In this document: positions 40,130-60,771 of the stretch, one piece after another
Position numbering within the stretch: the stretch's first letter is position 1
Layout of the letters: each line of letters starts with the position of its first letter
Assembly: GCF_009914755.1 (NCBI RefSeq)
Contig: NC_060936.1
Direction: 5' to 3' (one strand)
Source of the DNA: the human T2T-CHM13v2.0 reference genome, Homo sapiens
Length of the DNA stretch: 64,000 nucleotides
Notes under the pieces: model-generated
What the model was told of the DNA's origin: nothing
Seen by the model: the letters and a program-made list of their open reading frames with translations, nothing else
The model's database searches: none
Translations under genes and position numbers: made by a program

Positions 40130-43100
40130 TAAGTTCTTAAGTTCTTTGGTATGCCTTCTTAATCTCTATACTCTCTAATACTATCTGGATTTTCAATCTA
40201 AAATTTTAAATTTTGGGTACTATACCTATTTTCCCTTCTTTTCTATTTTTGGTCTTATTTTTTTTAAGACAATAACAAAATTACCAAGTATTTTATTCAC
40301 CTTGTTTTACAAATCTCACACAATATCATCTGTATTTGATTCTTGTTTTATTTAAGTATTTCTTCCAAAATGGATTTCAGTGTGAATCTTTTCATGCCAA
40401 ACTTTTGAGACCTTATATGCTTGATAATATGTTTTCTTATAGTTGAATGACTATTTGGCTAAATACAAAATTATGGATTTCATGTTCTCTTCAATACTGT
40501 AAGAGTATTATTAATCTTTTGTATATACACACTTGCTGTTAAAAAGTAAAATGCTTTCTTTCCTTAAAGATTTCAACATTTTTTATTGCCATTGATATTA
40601 TTATGTTTTACTAAACTTTCTCCATATATGTATGTGTTCTTACTTACATCTTTCACTGGGTTTTCAATGGGCAGTCTCATCCTGAGGTTTTTACATTTTT
40701 GTTCAATATTGGGAAATTAGCAATTATTATTTCTTTCAATATTTATCCTCTTTAATTAATTTGTTTCTTTTTAAGGAATTCATTATTAATTGTTAATTTT
40801 AATTAAAATCTTTATATACTTTACACTTTCATGTATATGTATGTATTTCCAAATTTTTAAAATAAAATTCTGTTCCATTTTCTAACTCATACTTTCTTGT
40901 TTTTATCCATATATTATTTTAAACTATTACATATTTTGTACTTCATGTTTTACACTTGTACTTTTTAAATCTTATTTTGAGTTTATTCATTTTCCTAATA
41001 TTTTTCCTTGTATTCTTTGTGTATTTATTATATTTACTTTAAATTCCTGTTGTCTTCTAAAACATCTACTTCTATAACGTCTGCATACCAGTTATTTTCT
41101 CTCTGTCACTCTCTTTTGAAGGGATTTGTTTTCCTCAATATTCTTGATATTTTGTCCTGTGTGTTCACATTTACCTAGTTGTGATACTCACTCTTTATAG
41201 TAGTGAGCACAGGGGAGGACTGCCTGCCTTTGCGTCCTTACGAATCTCAGTTATTGTAAACCCCGGAAGGTCAGAAAGAGGGGAAGAAGATGAACCTGAA
41301 AATGAAAACCAGCTACCAGTAAACCATATTGCTCTGTGGTTTGCCAAACATTTTTTTAATCCATGACTTCCTCAGCCACTGAGTGAGAAACTGATTTGGG
41401 GGAGATTATGATCCAGTACTGCAGGGATATTGAGGGAATTACCTTTGGAAGAGAATGCCCAAGGCTAATAAGCTCTACATTTTTTACTCAGCTGCTCTGT
41501 TGAGCAGGACTTTGGAGCTTCTCTAACTTTACACTGGAGGACACATGGAATGGAAGGCTGAACTGTTATCCCAAATCCATACATTGAGATAGAAAGCAGT
41601 GATTATCAGAGGCTGACCTGGATCATGTAACTGCATTGAAGGCAACAAAAATTAGTCTAATAGCTGTGAATTTTAATTTATTTTTGAGATTTTTAAAATT
41701 TCAATAGCTTCTGGGATACAAGTTTTTTTGTTGTTGTTGTTACATGGATGAATTATATAGTGGTGAATTCTGAGGTTTCAGTGCACTTGCTCACCAACTA
41801 GTGTACATTTTACACTAGTTGTACCCTCCCCTTCCAACCTCACCCTTTTCAGTCTCCAAAGTTTATTATCTAACTCTGCCTGACATTGTGTATTAATGCC
41901 TGCATCTCCCAGATATAAATGAGAATGTATGGTGTCTGGTTTTTCATTTGTGAGTTACTTCACTTAGATTAACAGCCTCCAGCTCCATTCAAGTTGCTGC
42001 AAAAAGATATTATCTTGTTCCTTTTAAGGGCTGAGTGGTATTCCATGGTGTATATATACCACATTTTCTTTATTCATTCATTAGTCTATGAGCACTTGTG
42101 TTGTTTCCACATCTTTGCAACTATGAATTGTGTTGCTATAAACGTATGTGTTCATGTGTGTTTTTCAAATAATGACCTCTTTTCTTTTGGGTATATACCC
42201 AATAGTGGGATTGCTGGATCAAATAATAGATATCCTTTTAGTTTTTTAAGGAATCTCCATACTGTTTTCCACAGAGGTTGTACTAATTTACATCCTCACC
42301 AGCACATAAGCATTCCCCTTTCATGACATCCACATTGACATGTATTGTTTTTTGACTTTTTAATAATGGACATTCCTGCAGTAGTAACGTTGTATTTCAT
42401 TGGGATTTAATTTGCATTTCCCTCAGGATTAGTGATTTTGAGCATTTTTTCATATGTTTGTTCTCCATTTGCATATTTTTTTGAGAAATGTCTATTCATG
42501 TCATTTTCCCACTTTTCAATGGGATTATTTGGTGTTTTTTTACTTGTTTGAGTTCCTTATAGATTATGAATACTAGTCCTTTGTTAGGTGCGTAGTTTGT
42601 AAATATTTTCTTCCATTTTGGTAGGTTGTCTGTTTACTCTGATGAATTTTTTTCTTGTGCAGAAGCATTTTAGTTTAATTAGGTCTCATTTATTTATTGT
42701 TTTTGTTGCATCTACTTTAGGGGTTATAGTCATGAATTCTTCACTTAGACCAATGTCTGGAAGAGTTTCCTGAAGTTATCTTCTAGAATTTTTATGGAGG
42801 CAGGTCTTAGATTTAAGTCTCTAATTTTTCTTGTGTTGATGTTTGTGTGGGGTAAGGAATAGGGATCTGGTTTTATTCTTCTACATGTGGCTAGCCAGTT
42901 TTCCTAGCATCATTTATTAAATAGAGTGTACTTTCACCAATATATGTGCTTGTATGCTTTGTTGAAGATCAGTTGATATTAAGTATTTGACTTTATTTCT
43001 GGGTTCTCTATTCTGTTCCATTTTCTGTAGGCTTACTTTTATACCAGTGTCAAGCTGTTTTGGTAATTACTGACTTGTAGTATAACTTGAAGTCTGGTAA

Positions 43101-43399
43101 TATGATGCCTCCAGATTTCTTCTGTTTGCTTAGGATCGCCTTGGCTATTTGAGCTCTTTTTTGATTCCATGTGAATTTTGAGATTGCTTTTTCTAATTCT
43201 GTGAAAAATGATGCTAGCATTTTGTTGGAAACTGCATTGAATCTGCAGATTGCTTTGGGCAGTAAGGTCATTTTTAGAATACTAATTCTTCCAGTCCATG
43301 AGCATGGAGTGTATATGTGTCATCTATGATTTCTTTAAGAAGTGTTTTGTAGTTCTCCTTGTAGAGATCTTTACTTCCTTGGTTAAGTATATTCTTAGA

Positions 43400-43487
43400 T
43401 TATATATATGTGTGTGTGTGTATATATATATGTGTGTGTATATATATATACACACACTATGTATATGTGTGTGTATATATATATATT
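43400..43487. repeat. Compound (TA)/(TG)/(CA) microsatellite within L1PB
   Basis: Read directly; contains the palindrome gtgtgtgtatatatatatacacacac. Confidence 0.93.
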
Positions 43488-44844
43488 TGCAGCTGTTGTA
43501 AAAGTGATTAATTCTTGCTTTGATTCTCAGCTTAGTCCTTGTTGATGTATAGCACTGCTACCGGTTTGCATACATTGATTTTGTAATCTGAGACTTGACT
43601 GAATTGTCTTATCAAGTCTGGGGGTTTTTTGGAGGAGACTTTAGAGTTTTCCTAGGTATACAATCATATCACCAGTGAAGAGTGATAGTTTGACTTCCTC
43701 TTTTCCAACCTGGTTGTCCTTTATTTCTTTCTCTGGCCTAATTGCTCTGGCTAAGACTTTCAGAAATATATCGAATAGGACTGGTTATTGTGGGCATCCT
43801 TGTCGTCTTTCTCTTGTTAGGGGGAAAGCTTTTGAATTTTCCCCATTCAATACGATGTTGGCTATTGGTTTGTGATATATGGATTTTATTATTTTGAGGC
43901 AAGTCCCTTCTACACATAGTTTGTCTAGGGTTTTTATCATAAAGGAATGGTGAATTTTATCAAATGCTCTTTCTGCATCTATTGAGATAAATTATATGAT
44001 ATTTATTTTTATTTCAGTTAATGTGATATATCACATTCATTGACTTGGTATGTTAAATCATCCCTGCATTTCTGGGATGAAACCCACATAATCATGGTGT
44101 ATTATCTTTTTGATCTTCTGTTGCATCCAATTAGCTACTATTTTGTTGAGAATTTTTACATCTATATTCATCAGGGATACTGGTATGTAGTTTTCTTTTT
44201 TCATTACATAATTTCCTGATTTTGGTGTAAGGGTGACACTGGCTTCACAGAATGATTTAAGGAGAATTTCTTCTTTCTCAGTCTTTTGGAATTGTTTCAG
44301 TAGGGTTTATACCAATCCTTATTTGAATATCTGGTAGAATTCAGCTGTGAATTTATCTGGCCCTGGTCTTTTTTTGTTGGTAATTTTTTAAATTACTGAT
44401 TCAGTCTTGTTGCTTGTTATTAATGTGTTCAGGGTTTGTATTTTATCCTGATTTAATCTAGGATGGTTGTATTTTTTCTGGAATTTATCCATTTTCTCTA
44501 GGTTTTCTAGTTTGTGTGCATAGAGGTGCTTATAGTAGCCTTGCATGATCTTTTGTATTTCTGTGGTATTGATTGTAATGTCTCCAGTTTCACTTCTAAT
44601 AGAGCTAATTTGAATCTTCTGTCTTCCTTTCTTGTTTAATCCAGTTAATGTTCTATCAAATTTGTTTATCTTTTCAAAGAACCATCCTTTCGTTTCACTG
44701 ATCTTTTATATTTTTTTGTTTCCATTTTATTTAGTCCTGCTTTTATCTTTGTTTTTGTTTTTTTTTTCTTCTGCTAGCTTTGGGTTCAGTTTGTTCTTGT
44801 TTCTGTAGTTCCTTGAGGTGTGACATTAGGTTGTCTTTTTGTGA

Positions 44845-45162
44845 TTTTTTTATTTTTATTTTTATTCTCATTTATTTATTGAGTCAGAGACTCGCTCCGT
44901 TGCTCAGACTGGAGTGCAGTGGCACCATCTTGGCTCACTGCAATGTACGCCTCTTTGATTCAAGCAATTATCCTGCCTCAGCCTCCTGATTACCTGGGAT
45001 TACAGGCACCTGCCACCTCACTGGACTAACTTTTGTATTTTGAGTAGATACAGGGTTTTACCACATTGGCCAGGCTTGTCTCAAACTCCCTGTCTCAAGG
45101 GATCCATCTGCCTCAATCTCCCGTAGTGCTGGGATTAACAGGGGAGAGTCACTGCACCCAGC
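44845..45162 (-). mobile_element. Alu (AluSz/J-like)
   Basis: Diverged antisense dimer; TSD-like tttgtgat(t/c)ttt. Confidence 0.88.
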
Positions 45163-47051
45163 CAATTTGTGATCTTTCAGACTTTTAATGTAGGAATGTA
45201 GTATTATAAGCTTTTCTGTTAGAGTTCCTTTTGCTGTATCCATGGGGTTTTGATAACTTGTATTATCTGACATATCATCGTTTATGTAATAACTGACGTA
45301 TTATCGTTTATTTCAAAGAAGTTTAATTTCCATCTTGATTTCATTGTTAACCCAAAAATTATTCCAGAGCATATTGTCTAATTTTCATGTATTTGTATAA
45401 TTTGGGGGATTCCTTATGGAGTTCATTTCTAGTTTTATTCCACTGTGGTCTGAGAAAATATTTGATATGATTTTGAGTTTCCAAATATTTATTGAGGCTT
45501 GTTTTCTGTCTTACTGTATTATCTATGTTGGAAAATGTTCCAAGTGCTGATGACAAGAATGTTATTCCGCAGTTCTTGGACAAAATGTTTTGTAAGATTC
45601 ATGTGTATCTGTTAGGTTCATTTGTTCTAGAATGTAGTTTAAGTCCATTTTTTATTGCTTTTCTGGCTAGATAATCTGTCTAGTGCTGTCAGTGATGTTT
45701 TCAAGCCATCCACTATTATTGTGTTGCTGTCTATCTCATTTCTTAGGTCCAGTAGTAATTGTTTTATGAATCTAGGTGCTCCATTGTTTGGTGCATATAA
45801 ATTTAATATCTTCTTGTTGGATTGATCCTTCTTTCATTATATAATAATCTTCTATGTCTTTCTTTTTTACTGCTGTTGCTTTAAAGTCTGATTTATTTGA
45901 TATAAGAATAGCTACTTCTGCTGACTTTTGATTTCCATTTCCATGAAATATCTTTTTTCACCCCTTTACCTTGAGTTTTATGAATCCTTATGTATTATGT
46001 GAGTCATGTGAAGAAAGTTGATATTTGGTTTGTGATTCTTTATACATTCTGTTGATCAGTATCTCTTAAGTGAAGCATTTTGGACACTTACATTCAACAT
46101 TAAAATTTAGATGTAAGGTATTTTCCCGCTCATCATTTGAATTGTTACTTGGATACTTTTCTTAAATTGTGTAATTCTTTTAGAGGCCCTTTGAGTTTTA
46201 TGCTTTCAAATTCTGTTTTGGTGCATATCAAGCTTTTGTTTCAAGATTTAAAACCCTTTTCAGAATTTTTTGTAAGGCTGGTCTGGTAGCAACAAATTCC
46301 CTCATCATTTGTTTGTCTAAAAATGACTTTATTTCTCCTTCATTTATATAACTTAGTTTTACCAGATACAAAATTTCTGCCTGACAGTTATTCTGTGTAA
46401 GGAGCCTGAAGATAGGACTCTCATCCATTCTGGCTAGTAAGGTTTGTGCTGAGAAGTCTGCTGTTAGTCTTATAGGTTTTCCTTTATAGGTTACCTAATG
46501 CTTTTGACTTAGAGCTCTCAGAAGTCTTTTTTCATACAGACTTTATGTAGCCTGATGACTACATACCTTGGTGATGACCTTTTTGCAGTGAATCTCCGGG
46601 AATTGTTTGAGCTTCTCATATTTGAATATCTAAATTTATTGCGAGGCCAGGGAAGTTTTCCTCAATTATTCCCTGAAATATGCTTCCAAGACTTTTTTGT
46701 TTTCTCCCTCAGGAACACCAATTATTCTTAGGTTTGGCTCTTTTCCATAATCCCATAGATCTTGAAAACTTCATTTATTTTTATTCTTTTCCTTTATTTT
46801 TGTCTGTTTGGGTAAATTTAAAAGCCTAGTCTTTGAGCTTTGATTTTTTTTTTCTTCTACGTGTTCTAGTCTATTGTGGAAACTTTTCACTGCATTTTGT
46901 AATTTCTAAATTTGTCTTTCATTTCCAAAAGTTCTGATTGGTTTATCTTTAAGATATCTGTCACTTTATAAAATGTTTCCTTCATATCCTGAATTTTTTT
47001 TTTCATTTCTTAATGTAGGTTTTCACCTTTTTCAAGTATCTCTTTGAGTAG

Positions 47052-47525
<474 letters not shown>

Positions 47526-50500
47526 TAATTATTCTTAAATTCATTTTTAATTTGACTTTTTTTTTTAAATTTCTTTCCCCCCTCCAAGTATGTGACTTTA
47601 ATGTTTGTAGTTTACTGTGGCTTAATTTGGCTCTTTGTACTTTAATGGGTAAAAACTCTGTATGAATTCCTTGGTTATAGAGAGTCTTTGTATGATGGCT
47701 TTCTCTGATGCTAGTTGTAGTAGCAATGTGCCCAGTGTGTAAGCAAGTTCACAATCTCCTATAGAGTCGGAATGACAGAGGTCTCTTGAAGCTTATCTCA
47801 TTCCACTCTGGTGTGTACTTTTTTGTTTATTTTTTCCTATGTATTTTAGTTACTGGGTTAAATAGTTCAGGCTTTAGTCCAGTGTGGGAGGTGTCCATGT
47901 TTAAAAACCAGCTGTGGCTAAATTGGGTGGGTAATTGCGATACCCGATGGTGGGCAGAGGTCCTATTCTTGACAAAGGTGGATGAGGGTGATCTCAGTGA
48001 AATTCACTGAGGTCTTAACAGAGAGAAGGACCATATCCACCTCAGCAGCTCTCTCAGGTCTACAGGAAAGCTATTCCCATTCCAGACACACCCTTGACCC
48101 AATGTTATGGCTATTTATATCAGACAGGTACCTCTTCTCATCTGCAAGAATGTTGATGTTCTACATAGAGAAGAATTGTGACTCTACCTCTTGTGCAAAC
48201 CTGTGCCTGGAGGTGTTCCTCCTGTGGGGATGCAATCACCCTGAAGTGTTCCACAAAGGCTGTCTATAGGTGTATCCATACCAAGCTCCTGTGTTAACAG
48301 CCCTAGCTATATCTGCAGTAGTGGATGAGAGGCAAAAGAAGTCCCTTCTCCAAGATTCTTCACAAGTACCAGGACTCCCTGACTGTTGGGTTAGAGCTGC
48401 AGACTTTCTCTGCCGAGCCCTGCACTGCAAATGTTCTGCTGCTGAAAGAAACTTCCCAACAGTTGAAAGATCTGGGACTCAAGGCCTGCTGTCTGGGTTC
48501 TTTTGTCCCACGGGGTGTTCCCTTGATGTGGTGCACTTCCCCTCCCCTAGGAGGAGTGCTTGAGAGACAGACTATGGTGAATGCTGTAACTCCTCTGGGT
48601 CTAGCCACCCAGTGGAGCTCTCATACTCCAGGCTGGTGCTGCAGAATGTCTGCAAGGGAACCAGCAATGTGACCTGCCTCTCAGCAGTGGATCCCAGCAC
48701 CAGCTCTGATGGGAGTGCAGGGAAATAACATAGACTCTGTGATATTCCTTGGTTATAAGTAGTCTTACTGTGTTGGCTTTCTCAAATGCAGGTTGTAGTA
48801 GTAAAAAGCTGGCCACATGGACAGACTCGCCCTCTTGGTTAGCCAGCGTGGTGCAGAAAATGGTGATAGCTGAGGTCATGCACAAGTTTTCTCCTTCCTG
48901 GGTGCAGTGCTATTCTGCCTGGAGATGCTGTAAGGGACTATGTTGGTTGGCTTCCAGTCAGGAGGTGGCACTTAGAAACAAGCACTAGCTATGCTAGTAG
49001 TGGTGGGATTTGTACTTGCCTTATGTTACTGAGGGAAGGTACTCAGGTTTCTTATGTGATAGGCGAGGCCATAAAGCTCTCAAAAGTGCCTATTCTTTGT
49101 GTTAAGCTACCAAGGTGAGTGGAGGGGCCAAGCAAGGTAGGGGCTGATTGGGGCAGGTTAACACTCCGGCTCTTGGTGTGTTAGGCAAGCAGCAGCCATT
49201 GTAAGAGTAAGAGGGTGGTTCCTTGGCCACTCGGATAATGTTCCAGAGAGGAGTGTAGCTGCCTCTGCTGCACAGAAGAGTTTGCAAAGCTAGCAGGGTG
49301 TAGCAGGCAGGGCAGCAGTAATCTCCACCCTGCTTCCAGGCACTTGGTAAGGCAGATTTCACACCAAAAGTTTTCTGCTGATAGCAGAAATTAAGGCCAT
49401 CTTGTCAAAACTGCCTCCAACCATAAACTTTCCCCACAGAGATAGCAACTGAAGCTTTCAGGCCACGCCCCTCCCAGTCTGTCCACACAGCTAGGGAGCC
49501 CAGCTCCCTTGCTCATGGCTGCATCACACTTCCAACTTGCCCCCACCCCTGCCGCCCAATTCCGGCCCAGGGAGTTCTCCACTTGAGGGTATATCACAAA
49601 ATTCATTTGGGAGCTTCTTTCAACCTGTGACCACTGGCTGGATTAGTTAAGAGACTTCCACAGGGTCCCCTGTGAGGCACAATATGGGATGGCTTCCTTA
49701 GTACACACTGGGTACTGGGAATGCATGCAAGGCACTTTCCACTGCCACTCCTACTTTTCTATTTCTCATTGCTCCCTAAATCAATTCCAGTGCTGTGTAG
49801 AGTTATGATCTTCCTGCATGCCCTGAATTTCTAGGTTCCCCAGTGGGAGTGTATACACTGCAGGCAGTGTCACTCTGGGGACTTACAGATTTTTACCTGG
49901 CTCAGGCTGCATGCTGCAGCCTGCTGCTGCTTTCAAAGGGTCTGTGGATTTCATTTTCCTCTTAAGTTCCTGAGTTGCTTTTTGGGAAAAAAAAATCGCA
50001 GTGTGAATCTCCATACACTATTTTTTCTTTCCAAGTGGTAGAGACGTGCTAACACTGCCTTTAATCTGCCATCTTGGGGAAGAAAAAAAGCTTTGGGGAA
50101 AAAAATGTGAATTTTAATAGAACAAATATATAATAGCTGAAGAGGGATACCAAGACTAATACCAGAAGTATTGGTTCCAAGAGACAAAAGTAAAGTTGAA
50201 GACATGTTTGTGAAGATTTCAGGTCAGAGTGCTTTGAGTGCTAGGAGCTTACACCTCACGTCTTTAAGCACAGTACAGGTGACTGATTTAAAAATTATGT
50301 CAAAGTCTACCATTTTGAAAACTCTAGTGTACTTTAAAACAATGTATTATAATAATTTAAGAAAACAACTTATAACCAAAGAGTGTATTTTTTAAATAAA
50401 GCACTTTAAACTTTGTCAGCAACTAAGTCTAATGACACAGACAACTGCTAGGATATCACAAAAGGATGGGATTATGACAGTAAATTTGATCCTAATCAAA

Positions 50501-51068
50501 TTAAAAAGCACAGAAAATACAAATGACAAACACTGTAAAAATGTAAAAGGAATTAAACATAAGAAATTTATTTTGCCAGAGTGACTACTGACAGGCATAT
50601 AATTGTCATTAGCTAATACAGAAAAAAAAAATCAAAAATTTTATAAAGTGGCTGTCATAATATAATAAAATGATGTAAAGTAAAATTAAATAAAACCAAT
50701 GTAGATTTATAAAAACAAGAACTTTAATTTTTAAAGGAACAAGGCTAATAGTTAAACACAGATTTAAATCTTTGTGCAAGGGTACGCAATCCAGTTTTTG
50801 TACCAGAAAACTGATTTATAATATTTCACTCTATAATGCATACCTTAAACTCAGCCTTAATGTATCTTACAGAAACAGCGGGAAGAGCCTTGGCCCTTAA
50901 TTCTGTTCCTGCTCTTCCTGAAGTGACAAGAAAAAAAAATGTGTAAATGGAGAGTGTGAATAGGGTTCAATTAGTTGATGAACAAATACTTCAAAAAATT
51001 TTCTAAACAATTATTTTTTACCACATATTTTGCTTTAAAAATTGTTCCAGTCTATATCATAAATTAGT

Positions 51069-55418
<4,350 letters not shown>

Positions 55419-55419
55419 C

Positions 55420-55638
55420 AGAAACTGCCAGAGAGCTAACTAAATTTTTCCTCCCTGTGAAGATACAAGGAGAAGTTAGCTGCCTGTAACCTAAAAGAGG
55501 GCCTTCATCAGAACTCAATTATGTTTGCACCCTGATCTCAGACATCCCAGCTTTCAAAACTATGAGAAATACGTGTTTGTTTTTCAAGCCATCCAGTCTA
55601 TGGTAATTTGTTATAGCAGCCTGAACTGACCAAGACAA
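55420..55638 (+). mobile_element. MLT1A-like LTR, 3' half
   Basis: caccctgatctcagac...agtctatggtaatttgttatagcagcctgaactgaccaagaca. Confidence 0.8.
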
Positions 55639-55976
55639 GAGTTCAGTGGAAAACTTAAGCAGGCAGAACACAGAATCATCAAACTTTAAGATAGGCCAAC
55701 TGAACATTTCAGTCTGATAAGTAGAAAAAGAAATATATGAAGAAAAATAAACAAAACTTAAGCACCTGTGATATACCATCAAGTGAACTAACACACAAAT
55801 TCTAGGAATTCCAGAAGAAGAATAGAGAGAGGACAGGGAAATAATATTTGAAAAACGGAATGCTGAAGTGGGTACTAAAAGTTGAAGGAAAAGGATGATA
55901 AACAGCAAACACAAAAAATAATCAAATAAAAATGTGTATTGTTGGTCTGAGGGATTTTCCCACAACAGTTCACTAA

Positions 55977-58080
<2,104 letters not shown>

Positions 58081-58085
58081 CCACA

Positions 58086-59635
58086 TTTTTTCCTTTTTTT
58101 TTTTTTTCATAAGTTCTTTTTTTTAACGTTTATACTAAGTTTGTGTGTACATGCACGGCTTACCTTCACGGGTAAATTGCATGTTCCGGGGGTTTGATCT
58201 ACAAATGATTTCATTACCCAGGTAGTGAGCACAGTACTCCATAGGTGGTAGCTTTTAACCCTCACTTTCCTCCCAACTTCCAGCCTCAAGTAGGCCCTGG
58301 TGACTATGGTTTCCCTCTTTGCATCCATGTGTACTTAATGTTTAGCACCACTTGTAAGTGAGGGCATGCAGCATTTGTTTTTCTGTTGCTGCATTAATTT
58401 GCTTAGGATAATGACCTCCAGTTCAATCCACATTGCTGCAAATAAAATTGTTTTATTTATTATGGCTACATAGTATTTCATAGTATGTCTGTACCATATT
58501 TTCTTTATCCAGTCCACCCTTGATGGACTTCTAGGTCCTATATATTTGCTATTGTGAATATAGCTGCAATGAACATACAAATACATACATCATTTGAGTA
58601 GAATAATTCATATTTCTCTGGGTATATATCCAATCATGGGATTGCTGAGTCAAATGCTAGTTCTGTTTTAAGTTGTTTGAGAAATCTCTAAACCGTATTC
58701 CACAGTGGAAGAACTAATTTACATACTCACCAGCAGTGTATAAGTGTTCCCTTTTCTCGACAACGTAGCGAGCATCCATTTTATCATCGCATGGGTTAGG
58801 AAGGAGTCCCTGCTCCTCAATTTTTTGGAATAATTTTAGTAGGATTGGTACCTGCTCTTTTTTATACATTCAATAGAAGTTGACTGTGAATCTCTCTGGT
58901 CCAGTTTTTATTTTAGATTGCAGGATTTTTATTAATAATTTAATATTTGCCATGTTATTGGTCTATTTAGGATTTCTCCTGGTTCAATGTTGGGAGGTTG
59001 TGTATTTCCAGGAATCCATCCTTTTTTTTTTTTTTTTTTTTGATTTTCTAGTTTGTGTGAAAAGAGGTGCTCATAATAGTCTCTGAGGCTTTTTTGTTCT
59101 TCTCTGGGGTTGGTGTCATTTGTCATTTCCTATTGTGTTTATTTGGATCTTCCCTCTTAGCTTTTTTTATTAATCTAGCTAGTTGCCTATCAGTCTTATT
59201 TAATATTTCAGGGCCAGGCGTGGTGGCTCATACCTGTAATCCCAGTACTTTGGGAGGCCGAGGCAGGTGGATCATGAGGTCAGAAGTTCGAGACCAGCCT
59301 GCCCAATAAGGTGAAACCCCGTCTCTACTAAAAATACAAAAACTAGACGGGCGTGGTGGCACATGCCTATAATCCCAGCTACTCAGGAGGCTGAGGCAGG
59401 AGAATTGCTTGAACCCAGGAGGTGGAGGTTCAGGAGCTGAGATCGTGCCATTGCACTCCAGCCTGGGCAACACAGCGAGACCCCATCTCAAAAAAAAAAA
59501 AAAAAGGATTTCAATTTATTTCTGGTTTAATGTTGGGAGGTTGTATATTTCCAGGAATCCATCTGTTTTGTTTTTTTTTTTTTTTTTTTTGGTTTTCTAG
59601 TTTGTATGAAAAGAGGTGCCCATAATAGTCTCTGA
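58086..59635 (-). mobile_element. L1PA15/16-like 3' end joined to an upstream ORF2 piece, with a partial duplication
   Basis: 3'UTR 58086-58780, abrupt jump to ORF2 sequence near 58795; interrupted by an Alu. Confidence 0.8.
59212..59505 (+). mobile_element. AluS (AluSg-like)
   Basis: ggatcatgaggtcag, gttcgagaccagcct; A-tail. Confidence 0.92.
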
Positions 59636-59749
59636 AATGATTATGATTGAACAATTTTCATTACTATTCTCTGACACAAAGACTGTATGTACTTCTGTAT
59701 GTACAAGCTGTCAGAATTGACTCCTCTCAGATGAGAAGATAGGTTATTC

Positions 59750-60000
59750 ATGGTCTTGTAGGTCATTGGAAAGGCTTGATATTGCTATAAGGCACATGGG
59801 AAGACACTGAGTGGTAGCATGATCTATTTATTTTTAAATTATTTTGAAAGGATTTCTTTAGCTACTGTTTTGAGAAGATGCCATTGGGCAGACTTGTGCA
59901 GAACTAGAAAGATGTATCAAGAGGCTATTGCAGTAATTGAGGCAAGACGTGGTGGTGCAAACCACTGGGAATATGGAAGGTGATAAGAAAGGGTCTCTTA
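59750..60000. mobile_element. L2-like remnant
   Basis: cttgtaggtcattgg...gaggctattgcagtaat motifs. Confidence 0.5.
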
Positions 60001-60029
60001 ATTTAGAAAGGTGGAATAGCAAAGATTGG

Positions 60030-60325
60030 TAACTAAAGAACAGAACTTTATTTCTCACATTTCTGAAGGCTGGGAAGTCTGAGATCAGGGTGCCAGCATA
60101 ACTGAATTCTGATGAGGGCCTCTTTCTGGTTTGCAGATGGCTGTCTTCTCACTGTGTCCTCATATGGCATAGAGAGAGGGCGAGAATCTCTCATTTCTCT
60201 TATTATTAGGGTGTTCTACTCTTGTGACCAAGTACCCCTAAAATGCTCCATCTCCAATTATCACCACACTGGAAATTTGGGTTTCAGCATAAAAATTTGG
60301 GGGGAACACAAACCTGAAGTTCAGA
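60030..60325 (-). mobile_element. MLT1A/MST-type LTR
   Basis: tttatttctcaca...ggctgggaagtctgagatcagggtgccagca...ttggggggaacacaaac. Confidence 0.75.
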
Positions 60326-60771
60326 AGTGGGTAATAGTTTAATAGTAGGGCTAAAGGAATAGGGTAAGGATGTAGATGTGAGCTTTAAGAGAAAGGATGA
60401 ATCAATACATTTTGTTAAAATAAAATTGGAAATGAAAACATCTATAACCACTACATCTCACATTGATACAGTCACTTCTGTTGGTCATAAAATTCCTCTT
60501 TGCCTCCACAAAGTTCAATATTTTAGCTGGCTCCTGGAAATGCTACCTTTGCGAATGTACCACCACCCCCCTCCCAGTTAGCCTATGCTATTCACATGGA
60601 AATAAAAAATAGCTCACCATTGTGGCCATCTGAGAACAGTGTCTAGCTTCCTATAAATCAGTTAATGATATTAATTTAAAAATAACAACCCTGATTATAC
60701 TCCTCTAACAATCGAATATTGTCACCAAGTTAGAAAATCATGCTTTACTAGTGTAATGATAATACTGTTAT

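Noticed and set aside
47786-49606. Cluster of overlapping ORFs on both strands
   Set aside because: They lie in the GC-richer L1PB 5'UTR where stops are rarer; no recognisable protein.
50119-51068. Unassigned AT-rich segment with a 74-aa ORF (50171-50395)
   Set aside because: No recognisable protein, splice or repeat signature; cannot be classified without a search.
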